Shown here one piece after another: positions 24,401 to 37,100 of a stretch of 64,000 bases of DNA; positions within the stretch are counted from its first letter, which is position 1, and each line of letters begins with the position of its first letter. The DNA is taken from contig NC_058133.1 of the NCBI RefSeq assembly GCF_016433145.1, forward strand, positions 210,206,993 to 210,270,992. Direction: 5' to 3'. Made by a program: the position numbers and the translations under genes. The notes below the pieces were generated by a model. It did not search any database, was not told the DNA's origin, and was given only the letters and a program-made list of their open reading frames with translations. This DNA comes from Gracilinanus agilis (lineage: Eukaryota).

Positions 24401-27400
24401 AACATTTAGGGAGTCTCAACTTCTGTGAGCTTCAAGCAACCCCCTAGGACTGATTTCTTGCTACAGTAGAGGCGTGAAAAAACATTTCCTTGAAATCATA
24501 GATCCATCCTCCTTAAATTTACATGCCAACAGCCATTCACAAAGTACACTACCCACCTCCTGATAGAAAAGTGATCTGGACGCAGGAAGCTGAATAAGAC
24601 TTCTCTTTTGGATCCAGCCAAAACAGGAATTGGTTTTGCTCAACTAAGCATATTTACTATAAAGGTTTTGCTTTATAGTAGAGTAGGAGAGGGAAGGAGA
24701 AAAGAGATTTTTTTTTAAACTTTACCTTCTGTCTTAGAATCATTAGTAGGTATTGAGGATTCCAAGGCAGAAGAGTGGTAAGAGCTAAGCAGTTGGAGTT
24801 AAGTGACTTGCCCCAGGTCACATAGCTAAAAGTATCTGAAGTCTATAATTTGAACCCAGGATTTCCCATCTCTGAGCATGGCTCTCTATCCACTGAGCTA
24901 CCTAGCTGCTCTGAGAAAATAGTTTTGTTCACTGAAAAAACAAAACAAAACATGCCAATGATATAAGGTATCCTAGCACTGCTTAATCTGACCCTTCGGA
25001 GTAGGAGGGGAAGTCTCTTCAGTAGGAGAGAGGTTTGAAGATCTTTCTCTTCCCTAGATTGAGAGAAAGATAAGAATCTTTAGGAAGGATTTGGGTAGGG
25101 GCAGGCAGCTAGGTGGCTCAGAGAATATGGAGCCAGGCCTAGAGATTGGAGGTCCTGATTTCAAATATGGCCTTGAGCCACTTCCTAGCTAAGTGACCCT
25201 GAGCAAGTCACTTAACCCCCATTGTCTAGCCCTTACCTGTTCTGCCTTGGAATGAATGCTTACTAATTCTAAGACAGAAGGTAAAGGTTTAAAAAAATTG
25301 AAAAGGGGGCGGCTGGGTAGCTCAGTGGATTGAGAGCCAGGCCTAGAGATGGGAGGTCCTAGGTTCAAATCTGACCTCAGACATTTCCCAGCTGTGTGAC
25401 CCTGGGCAAGTCAATTAACCCCCATTGCCTACCCTTACCACTCTTCTGCCGTGGAGCCAATACACAGTATTGATTCCAAGATGGAAGGCAAGGGTTTAAA
25501 AAAATTAAAAAAAAAAAAAGAAAGAAAGAAAAGGAATTGGATAGTTATCCCTCTCAGTCCTTATATTGTCTTTGCAAGAACATAGCAATAGAGTAGACCA
25601 AGAATAATTGTTTACTGAAAGCCAGGCTGTATATTTACAGTAAAGTTTATCGTTACTAACACCAACTCCTCTCATTTTGGCCCTCCCAAAGCCCAGCCAA
25701 AAAATAAATAAAATAAAATAAGCCAGCTCCTTCTGCAGCCAGGACAGCAGAGTAGTCAATTAGAGTCCAGGTGGGAGGGATGATTTGAGTATCAAGAAGG
25801 GGAGGTATAACTAGTTGGAAAAACCAAGGCTTGGTCATCCTCCTCAACCTCCTGACTCATGAGAAGCTGAAGGGCTAGTAGACCTAGGAGTGCCTAGATA
25901 CTACTCCCTATTCCTGATAAGTCTCTGCATACCACTAAGAGGAATGCCATAATATTCAGACGAGGAGAAGTTTATGGACTAGGACTATGCTGAGGGTACT
26001 GTTGGTATGGCCTGGTCTAAAGTCTAGTTTGAGAATTTGCCCTGAGAACAGAGGTATTAAAATAATTTTAAAAAATGTTATCTGTGGGGACAGCTGGGTA
26101 GCTCAGTGGATTGAGAGCCAGGCCTAGAGACTGGAGGTCCTAGGTTCAAATCTGGCCTCAGACACTTCCCAGCTGTGTGACCCTGGGCAAGTCACTTGAC
26201 CCCCATTGCCTACCCTTACCACTCTTCTGCCTTGGAGCCAATACACAGTATTGACTTCAAGATGGAAGGTAAGGGTTTAAAAAAAAATGTTATCTGTGGA
26301 TTTTTTCTAAACCTTCAAGTGTTCAGCTGAAAAATGTAAAATGTGAAGAAGCAGCTCAGTTATAATAAATAGAAACCTGGAGATCTGGGATTCTAATTTT
26401 CTTTAAAACAAAACAAAACAAAAGGGGACAGCTGGGTAGCTCAGTGGACTGAGAGCCAGGCCTAGAGATGGGAAGTCCTGGGTTCAAATCTGACCTCAGA
26501 TACCTCCTACCTGTGTGACCCTGGATAAGTCACTTAACCCTCATTACCTAGCCCTTACTACTCTTCTGCCTTGGGGCCAATACACCGTATTGATTCCAAG
26601 ATGGAAGGTAAGGGTTTAAAAAACAAACAAAAAACCCTTACCTTACATTCTAGAATCAATACCATGTATTGGTTCCGAGGCAGAAGAGTGGTCAGGGCTA
26701 GGGAATGGGGGCTCAAGTGACTTGCTCAGGGTCATACTGCTAGGCAATGTCTTTGAATTTTTGGGCTTCCCAAAATCCAGGCCTAGTGTTCCATCCACTT
26801 ATGCTACCTAGTTGCCTCCAAACCCTTTCTTTTATAGATGAGGAAAGTGAGGCACCTGGTACTTGAGGCAGGATTTGAACTAGGTCTTCTTATCTCCAAG
26901 TCTATTACTCTGTCTCAGACTGACTCTAAAGCACCCTCAGTTCTGAACATTCTGTAGTTCTCTCCCTAGTCCTAGTTAAAAGTTTAACTTTCGAGCTACC
27001 TATTCCCATGACTTTTTTTTTCTTTTTTTGGCAGTTGAGTTACAGCAAGATGACCTACCTACCTTTAGGCTTTCCCCATCCCACATTTCCATCCCAGCCC
27101 TCAGCAACTTAAGCAACAAGGGCAAACCTTGAGGACTGACTCACTCTGGAGCTCTAGTTATTGTTGCACCTAGGTGGTATGGCAGATAGAGCCAGGAAGA
27201 CTCATTTTCCCAAGTTCAAATCTAGCCTCACTTTATCAGCAGCGTGACCTTGGGCAATTCACTTAACCCTGTTTGCCTCAGTTTCCTCATCTGTAAAATG
27301 AGCTGGCGAAGGAGATGGCAGACCATTCCAGTATCTTTGCCAAGAAAACATCAAAAAGTAGTCATGAAAAAGTCTGGCATAACTGAAAAACATATTTTAA

Positions 27401-28070
27401 CAGCCCCAGTCCTTTGACAGTGCTAGTAGCAATGACTTTCCTCCTGAGCAGGGTGTGGGTATGAATGAGAGAAAGGTGGTTCTTAAGGAAAATCTTTAAG
27501 GAGTCTAAACTCAGGCTGGGAGTGGCAGTCAGGGAGGCCCAGACTTCCTGTCCTAACTTGCAAGTCCCATGGTGACTAAAAGGCTCAGCCCGACAAACTC
27601 TGGGGTTTCCTTTGGCAAAGTGCCCACCTCCACTCCCCTCGGGCCCAGCTGCCACTTGCATCACAAGAGAGGGTACCAGGTTCAGATAGAGAAGCTCCTC
27701 CATTCCTCAGCTATCTCTTCTGCCCACACCCCAGCTTAATCTCATTCCCTGCCCCCATACCCCAGTCTATTCCTTCTGCTTATGAAGGCAAAGAACTAAA
27801 AGGTTCTGGGGCTTTAGCAGTTTCCCCACAGACACAGCTTGGATGGAGAAATTAAAGTTTGATTGTTCCTAAAGTGTGAAGAGAGGGAACTCGCTACTGA
27901 GATATATAGGAGGGATAGAGGCCAAAATAACAAAAAGAGGTGAGCCCCTTGCCTTTGCTCCTTTTAGGCACCGAATGACAATCATCTAGGGACAGAAGGG
28001 CGGCTCAGTAGATAAGCCTGGAGACAGGAGGTCCAGGTTTCAAAATCTGGCCTCAGATCCTTCCTAGCTC

Positions 28071-28101
<31 letters not shown>

Positions 28102-31100
28102 GTGCAAGTCACTTAACCCTCATTGCCTAGCCCTTACTTCTGCCTTGGAACCAAAATGCAGTATTGACACTAAGATGGAAGGTAAGGGTTTTTATTTAAA
28201 AAATAAAGTAGGTAGAGCTAGAACTTGCTGCTGAGGTGTATGGGAGGATGAAGGCCAAGATGACAAAGAGAAAAGGTAAACACCTTGCCTGTGTAACTCC
28301 TTTTAGGTTCAAAGGACAACCACCTACATCTGGGCTTCGGTATCTTTGGCTGTTCCTCTTCCAGGGCCAAAGGCAGAGAGAGCGTGGGTAATGGAGGAGG
28401 TGGCGCTGGTGCACCTTTTACCTCCTAATCTCAGTGCTATGGATGCAATTGGGATCCACAGACCTAACCAGAAGTGTCACCTCCTACTTGGGACACTGAG
28501 TCTTTTCTTCCCTGTCTTGCCTCCAACAGATAAAATTAATCCACTCTTTGAAGCATAGCTCAGAAGGAAGTGTCTTCTGTCCCACCCCAAAGTGGCCTCA
28601 AATCAGCATTCCCCCAATCCTTCACCTCTGTTCCACCCCCCACCCCCATTCTGGGGATGAGGTTCTCTTCTCCCCTTGGTACTAATCCGTTGACAAAGCT
28701 GCAGAGTCTCACCCTCCCCCTGGAAATGCCAAGGTGAGAGGGAACAGGTCTAACAAGTTGCTGCCAGGATCAGCTCAGCTTTCTGTCCCAGCCAGACCCA
28801 CAGCAAAACTTCCTCTACTCTAACTGCCCACCCTTGGAACAAGTGCTAAGAAAGCAAGAGATAAACAAGGTCTGGGAGGCTCTGCATCAGTGTCCCTATC
28901 ATTCTGGGGTCTGCAAGCTCCAGAGCCCAAAGTGGGAGCCGGCTTAGGCTAGAAAGAAAAGCACCTACCAAAAGCTAAGGTTTCTCTGGGGGAATTGAGG
29001 CCCATAGAACCAAAGGCTCAGTTTCAGAATCAGTAGGAAGGGAGGGACAGGCACTGGGGCTGGGTTCAGTTCTCTCTCTTTCTCCTGCGGCTACACAGTC
29101 TTCTTTGCACTGAGGCATCTTGGGGACTGATGAAACCCACAGCCTTCCTTCCGGAGTACTCAGCTAATGCACATAATGGAAGTTGTTGCTATCTGAACTA
29201 CAATTACCAGAACCTCAGAGGTGAAGATTGGAGTAAATAACAAGGCAGTGAACATTCCTGGGTTTTAGACCTTCCACCTAGAATGTGGCTTAGGAACTCA
29301 TGGCTAGCTTGGGAAGGGTGTTAAGTTGCAAGTCACAGGCGACTCAAGCTCCCCCTATTCTGTACCGCTTCTCTGACAGGTCCTCTTTTGAAAGGAAACA
29401 CAGTCTAGGCTCACAGGAGGATCCAGGAGGATAGGGAAGGAGTCATCCTGTCTGTCTCTCTGCCCACTTACAGCATGAAGAAGGGGAAGAAAAAAGAGAC
29501 ACACTTCCCAGAGCAGAGAGAATACACTATTATGAGTATATCACTGCTCTCTTGCCTGGGAAATAACCCAAACATATGGAAATAGTTGCATAAGTAAGGT
29601 CCATTGCTCCCCAGGAAGATACCTTCCTTAGGTCTGAGGATTAGGAAAGGCTATTTGGGCTGGGTTACTGGGCCAAGATATAACCCCCAAAAGGTGTCAG
29701 AAACAACTGATGTTTTTATCCCCTACCCCCAGTAAAAAACCTAGTTTTATTTGTAGCTTTCAACACTTGAGCTTCTTTAAAAAAAAAAAAAAAATTTTAA
29801 ATCTGGAGGGTCAGGGAAACCCAGCTAGTGGCTCAAGTGGATTGAGGCAGGCCCAGAGACAGTTTGGTCCTGGGTTCAAATTTGAACTCACTTTCTTAGC
29901 TGTGTGCAAATCACTAAACTCCCACTGCCTAGCCCTTACCACTCTTCTGCCTTGGAACCAATACACAGTATTGATTCTAAGAAGGAAGATAAGGTTTAAA
30001 AAAAAATCAATTTGGAACTTCCTGGAACCATTCATCTATATCATTAGGTGGGAGAGACTGGTAAGCTAACACTGTTACACTTTGAAATCAATTTCAGACC
30101 TTAAAATCATACACCTGCCCCTAATCTTCATTAAGAGTCACACTGTACAAGTCTCATTTCAGAAACTAACCTATGTTCAAAGTTCTAAATCATTTATTTC
30201 AAACTAATTTTATAGGCCATGTCCAAAGTCAAAAGAATCTAGTAAATTGGCAGGTCTAGGTTATTGCTTTTTTGTTACACTTCCATTCTAAAATGCCTAT
30301 TGAAAATAAAAAGTATAGGAGGGCAGTTAGGTGGCTCAATAGATTAAGAGTCAGGCCTAGAGACAGGAGGTTTCCTAGGTTCAAATCTGGCCAAACACTT
30401 CCCAGCTGGGCAAGTCACTTAATCCTCATTGCTTAGCCCCTTACTGCTCTTCTGCCTTGGAACCAATACACAATATTGATTCTAAGATGGAAGGTAAGGG
30501 TTTTTTAAAAATAATAAAGATTATAAAGAACTCTGAAGTTATTCCTCCCCCAAAATATTCACATAAAAGACAAGGCAATGGCTTGTTCAGTTATCTTGTG
30601 TAAGTTTTAAAAGCAGACATAACTTTGCCAAGTCTGTCAAAGAGATGCATCACTGGTAGTTTCTCTTTTTTTTTTCATATGTATATATGAAATATATGTA
30701 TGTATGTATACATATATATAATTTTAAAACCAATTAGATGTGATATTTTCATACAAGTTTTCCTAAGTTACAGTATCAAACTTATCTCCTCTCTCCCTCT
30801 CACCTTTCCCTTACCCCTCCTAGTTGCTGGCAGGCACTTCAATCTGGGTTATACATGTATCATCATGCAAAACATATTTCCATATTGTTCATTTTTGTGA
30901 GTAATCTTATAAAACCAAAACCTCAAAACATAAACTTAAATAAACAACTGAAAAATCGTATGCATTCTGACTCCAACAGTTCTTTCTCATTGGTAGTTTT
31001 TCTAAAACACTTAAGTACCCACAGGAAGTGGCCCAGGTCCTACCTTCCATTGTCCCTGACAAAAAAAGAACAAAAGGTTCTTCTTTTACCCTTTTTAGAC

Positions 31101-34100
31101 TTGGCTTTCTATCCACCAAAGGGGAAGGGAGCAGTCCTACCCTCTCTTCCCCCCCCCCCTTTCAACACCCTCCCTCCCTCCAGTGCCCCATAATAGTGTC
31201 CTTTCTAGGGTCACTGAGTCAACACAGTCCATCCTATATTGCAGGGGTTGGCAACCTTTTTGGCCGTGAGAGCCATAAACGCCACATTTTTTAAAATGTA
31301 ATTTCGTGAGAGCCGTACAGTGCTCACAGTGCGTGCTCCTGTAACAGTGCACGCTCCTGTAACAGCGCCTGAACAAAAATTGACTTTATGGCTCCTACAG
31401 TAAGAGCCATATCTGGCCGACCCCTGCTATTATTGGGACAGGTTGTTAGCATATTCTTTTCAGAGGGTCTGCAGGGTCACACAAAACTTTGTCTGACCTC
31501 TTGGAATAGGTAAGCAGTGGATGGGGGTAGAGGGCTTGGGGACAGAGCTTAAATGCCACTCAAAGTAAATGTTGTCCATTACTGCCCAAGAGCACTAAAG
31601 ATTGAAGATCTAGTCCCACTGATAAAAATGGACCTCAGAACAAGAGTTCCCTATTCTGTAACCTTTAAGAGGGCTGACCTAGGTGAAAAGCAGGATCCAG
31701 AATTAGCATATACACATGCTCAAACTAGCAAAAAGGGAGAAAGTAACTGAGGCTGGGCTGCCCAACACAACTCTTGCTTCCTATCTGACCCCCTTCCTAA
31801 CACCTTCTCACCAGGACCTCCCCTCCCCTCACTTTCCAGACCAATCCCAGATCCCATTGTCACCCATCCAAAAAGGATGGTAGCCTCCCTGGCCCTCATC
31901 TTCTTCCAGGTCAATCACCCTGGAATCCATCTCCACCCCAGAAGGAGCTGTCACCACCAGCAGGCCTCACTAGCTGGGCCCAGAGAGCAAGGCAACTGCT
32001 CTCAGGGGAATTCAATAGGCCCCATCGGCAGCCACCTGGAAAGCCTGAGAAAGGTGATACCCTAATCCGTCTGTGCAAGTCCCTGAGGACCAGGCCCATG
32101 ATTGCTCCCTGCTCCCCACTCCGAGCGCTGCCAAGCAGGGTGGGGGAAATGACCTGCCCCTTTCTCTTGTCTGAGTGGCACTGACCCCTCCCCCAGCCCT
32201 TGATGTCATGGTGATGGGTGCTATAGAGACAAGAAAGCAGCTGGGGAGAAGGGGGTGCGACTTCGGAAGGGCAAGATCTTGCTTCGGGTTTTTGGGCCCC
32301 AGTGCCAGCTGCTGGGGAGAAGAAGGGAGAGCTCGGGGGTGGGAGGGACAAAGATCACAAGTTGGATTAAGGCTGGTGAGAGGTATGAGGGACTTTGGAA
32401 ATGGGACTTCTGCTAAGGCTTTCTCATTGAGAATATCCCAGTGGGAGCCAGGCTACCTGCTTATTTATGCAAACAAGGGCTGGCTCTGCTACTACAGTAA
32501 CTCTGATATGAGAAAATCTGGCCCTAGCAGGGTCCTCTGCCAGGCTCAGTCTCAGGGATCACAGTAGCCCGGAGGAGGTGAAAAAAAAAAAATCAAGCCT
32601 GTGGGCATAGAAGCTTGAACCCAGACCACAGAAGAGCCACGATGCTGAAATGGCAGCCCAGTTTGTGCTCCTCCTAGCTTAGGTGGAAATGAAAGGAGAG
32701 GAAAGGGTGTCCATATGTATTTGTAATGGTTTTGTTTCCATGGGGGGGAGAAGGATGGAATTTGGATTGCATAGAAATTGAATTTTTTTTTAAAGTCCAA
32801 AGAAGTGGTGTGGTGGTGAGGTGGTCCACTAATGGGGTGGAGCACCTTCCTCCAAACAGCCTGGCATATTCCTTCAAAGGTCAGGTCACTAGGCTCAAAG
32901 TGCTACTCTCCCTCCTCCCAACCCAGGAGGCAAAGTTCAAACAATTGGTGTAACCCAATCTGGGCAGAGGACACATTGCCCTAGGAGGTGGGCAGGCCCC
33001 AACCTTGGACCAAGCAGACTCCATGCCCTCCCACCCGCAGCAGAAGGCAGTTAATGAAGGTTCCCTTCTCCAGCAGAGTAAATAGTATGTTCTGGTAACT
33101 TTAGCTTTCCTTGAATGGGGGCTATGACTTTGGTTACCTAGAACTTCTACTTCCTGTTTGTTCAAAGGAAAGTTTCCTTCCCCAAGCCCAGGGAGGTGGG
33201 AGTGGTGATAGGACATTCAAGGGGACTAGAAGGCAGCAGGCCATCATTTCCTCTTAACACCCCCAGCTGTCTACCCAAGAATAAGACCTGTCAGGGTAAC
33301 AAGCTTGCTTCCTTGCTCTTGCCCAGGGAACTTTTATGATGAAAGAATGGGGGCTCAGGTTTAAGGAGAGAGAGGCAGAGCAAGGCAAGCTTGCTCAAGG
33401 ACAAGCCCAGTAGGCATTGCCCCACAAGTCCCTCCTCCTCCTCCTCTCAGACCTTCCTGGGCCCAAATCTGTTACAGGGAGTTGTAGCAGGAGGTTAATA
33501 GGTTCTAAATGGGAACAGGAAGGTCACTTGAATTGTTCAGCTGCTTATCCTTTCTTAGGACTCCACTCTGGGTCGAGGACAAACAGCCTAAATAGCCCCC
33601 TAATGAACCTCATGACCGATTTGGGGGGTGGAGGTTGCTGTAAACCAGCAACCCTGTGACCCTTCCATAGTGTTTTCCCCTTTGGCCCAGAGAAAATATC
33701 CAGCATCGCCCAAACAGACTTGATTTTGGCATCCTTGCTAGAGGTACAGAAACTCAAGGCTGAATGGCCAGGAATGCTCTCCATCCCATCCTCCCAAGCC
33801 TCCATAAGTTAGGCCAACTCTGACCTAATGGGGGAAGACCTAATAGACTATTTGGACCTTGCCACCAGCAGAGAGGTGTCCTCTGGACACTGACCAGAGA
33901 ACCTGGCCTGGGGCTCAGGGGAAACCAATGGATACGGACTGCTTTTTGGAAATACTCTCAGCCCTGAGGTCTCTACAGTGGGGCTTCATCTCAGGGTCAT
34001 AAAGGAGGTCATTAGTTCACCTTCTAGGAGAAGGCCTCCAAAGGGCAAACCCCGGGCCCTAACAAGGGTCAGGTAGGGCAGGGTTTCCCCCAGGGAAAAA

Positions 34101-37100
34101 GCCAAGGGGAAACTGGTCAGCAGGTACCCAGGTTGGCCCATCCCATCATGTGAATGCAAAGGGACAGATTATCTAGGCCCAGCCCTCCCCTGGAGCTTTT
34201 TTGTCTATACACCAGAGGGAGAATCCAGCTGGGGACATCACAGCAGAGAATTTGAGCAATTGAATACTACAGGAGATAACTACCAAGAAGGTTCCATCCA
34301 GTTTCTTCCACTCACAATTCACATCTTTTTTTTTTTTCCTTCCACAATTCACATCTTAAAAGATTCCATCCCCAAGAAGAGAACTAAATCCTAGAAAGGT
34401 TAAGCAACCTTTGAAAGAACATGACAGATAAAGAAAAAAAAATTTCTTCAAGGACACAGGTGTCATTTTTTTAATTACATAATAATGGTGGCAGCTGGGT
34501 AGCTCAGTGGATTGAGAGCCAGGCCTAGAGACGGGAGGTCCTGGGTTCAAATCCAGCCTCAGACACTTCCCAGCTGTGTGACTCTGGGCAAGTCACTTGA
34601 CCCCCATTGCCTAAATAAATAAATGAATAAATAAAATTACATAATAAAAATTTACATTTAGGCAGAGACCTGGAGATGGGAAGTCCTGGGTTCAAATCTA
34701 ACCTCAGACACTTGCTAGCTGTGTGACCCTGGGCAAGTCACTTAAGCCCCATTGCCTAGTCCTCTGCTCTTCTGCCTTAGAACCAATTCACAGTATAGAT
34801 CAGGGGTCAGCAATGTATGGCTCTTTCTGCAGGAGCCATAAAGTCAATTTTTTTTTCAGGCGCTGTTACAGGAGCGTGCACTGTGAGCACTGTACGGCTC
34901 TCACGAAATTACATTTTAAAAAATGTGGCATTTATGGCTCTCATGGCCAAAAAGGTTGCCGACCCCTGGTATAGATTCTAAAGTGAAGGTAAGAGTTTAA
35001 AAAGTTTTTTTGAAGTTGAGTGGTTAAGTTGATTTGCCCAACCAAGATCACACAACTAAAAAGCTGTATGAAGCAGAAATTTGAACTCAGGTCTAACTTT
35101 AAGTCCAGTTCTTTATCCATTTAGTCACTATTAGATTTAATTCAAATCTCTTGAATTTGTTTCCAGTGTTGTTTTCTTAGAATGGACCTAAACTGAAGGA
35201 TAATCAGTAAAATCTGGCTCAGGAAAAAAGTTTTTCCAAATTGAGGGATACCAAGAAGAATTCAGAAGAACCTGTTCTATAACAATCAATGCTCTGATTT
35301 TCTGCAACAGACTCGAGGGCTAACGGGCTTCGGTCTGTCTTTCTCTCGAGCATTAAACACTATACCATTTTGTAAAACAGGTATCAATCTCTGTCACAAT
35401 CCCCTAACTAGATTATGAGCTCAATGAGGGCAGAGACCATGCCAGATCCCCAGCCTGTAACAGACCTGAGTTCCATCTAATCTTCATGCTCCCTTACATA
35501 ATTGGGATCTGGTAAAGGTATGCTGAATTTGAACAACCCTCCTAAACGGCAAAGTAAGGGCACTCTAACCTCTACCCTGGAGGTGTGGGATGGGGGATGA
35601 AGGAGGAAGTCCAGGGCCCTCCTTCCCCTCCCTCCACATACATGCCAAACTTTCAGATAAGGAATGCTCACCGTATCTCCTCCAAGGTTCTTAACAAAGG
35701 ACACTGGGTTCCCTGCGGAGCTACCAAACTATTGGAAAATTTGAAGACTGTAAGTAACAGCCAAGAACCAGAGGATATATTGTCCAGGCAAAAAATACCA
35801 GAACCTCTGGCTTAAGACAAGGCCCTGGTCAGTTAATACCAAAATGCACAGCAACTCACACCTGATCTCAATTTTAATCTTTTCAAAGCTAGCTGAGGTC
35901 AGCATGAATCCCCCCTCTCTCAGAAAGGGGAAAAAAAAAAGCAAAACAAAAAAAAAAAACCACACCACCACATTGGAGTCAAATCAATTCATGTCCAGTC
36001 TACCTTACTACCCGATTTCCAACTTGGATATCCACCTTAATTCACCCCCTAGAGTCAGGGAACTGTTGGGGAAGGTCTTTGAATAAAGACCAAAACACAA
36101 GTATATGACATGTTTAAAATGAAGACTTCTGCAGACATCTGAATGGGGACCAATGGAATAGGGACAGTGAAAAGAAAACCTATTACTGAGTCAGTGGACT
36201 TGAGTTGAATCTTGCCTCAGAATAGTAACTTTATTAGCTGAGTACTTTGGGCAAAAAAGTACTTAACCTGAGACCTACTTTCCTCATCTATAAAATGGGG
36301 CAGTATTTAGATTGCCTAGAGGTGACTCAGTTACCCTGTAACACAATTTCTCTCTTCTGTAGAAAAAGAAAAAAGTTACTAATATTTATTTGTATGGCTT
36401 AGAGGCACCTTTTGAGACTCACTTTTCTCATCTGTAAAATGAGGAGAATACAGTTTCCTCTAGATAGATGCTTCATGGCACAGAGAAAAAAAATAGATTT
36501 GGAGCCAGAGGACCTGAGAACATTTACTAGCTGTAAGACAAATCATTTGTGATCTCTTCAGTGCAACTTTCCTTATCTGTAAAATGAAGGAATTGGACTA
36601 GAAAACCTCTTAAGGTACCTTCCGGATCCAAATCCTGTTATCCTACAGTATTACTATGAGGATCAAATGAGATAATATATGTAAATCTGCTAAATACTAC
36701 ATAAATATGATCAATGGTCATTGGGGGTACTGGTGGTGAGAGTATGTATCACTGTTCTTCCCCTTAAGTCAGGGTTGGCCAGTCTTTCTAAGACAAGATC
36801 CTCTCCTCTCTTTTACAGACCTCTTTCCTTCCTGGGAACAGGATAGAATTTATGATTGCTTACACCACCCATAGAGCAATAGGCACTGGGCATCCAGAGT
36901 CACATTCTATTCACCAAATATTTACTAAAGTATCGGGGATGCATAAACAAAACCCCCCAAATGTTCCATGTCCAGTAAGAGCTCATTTCCTCTATCTGCA
37001 ATCAGATAATCTGGCTTAGCCACTTAACTAACTGGGAACACCAGAATGTAAACTCATTGAGGCCAAGGACTCTTTCAGAGGTTTTTTCACTTTTTGCATG

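Noticed and set aside
25305-25400. tRNA-like A/B boxes
   Set aside because: tRNA-derived SINE heads, not tRNA genes
29195-29214. ZNF143/SBS-like ACTACAATTACCAGAA
   Set aside because: Mismatch in the core and not near a promoter; such motifs also occur in repeats
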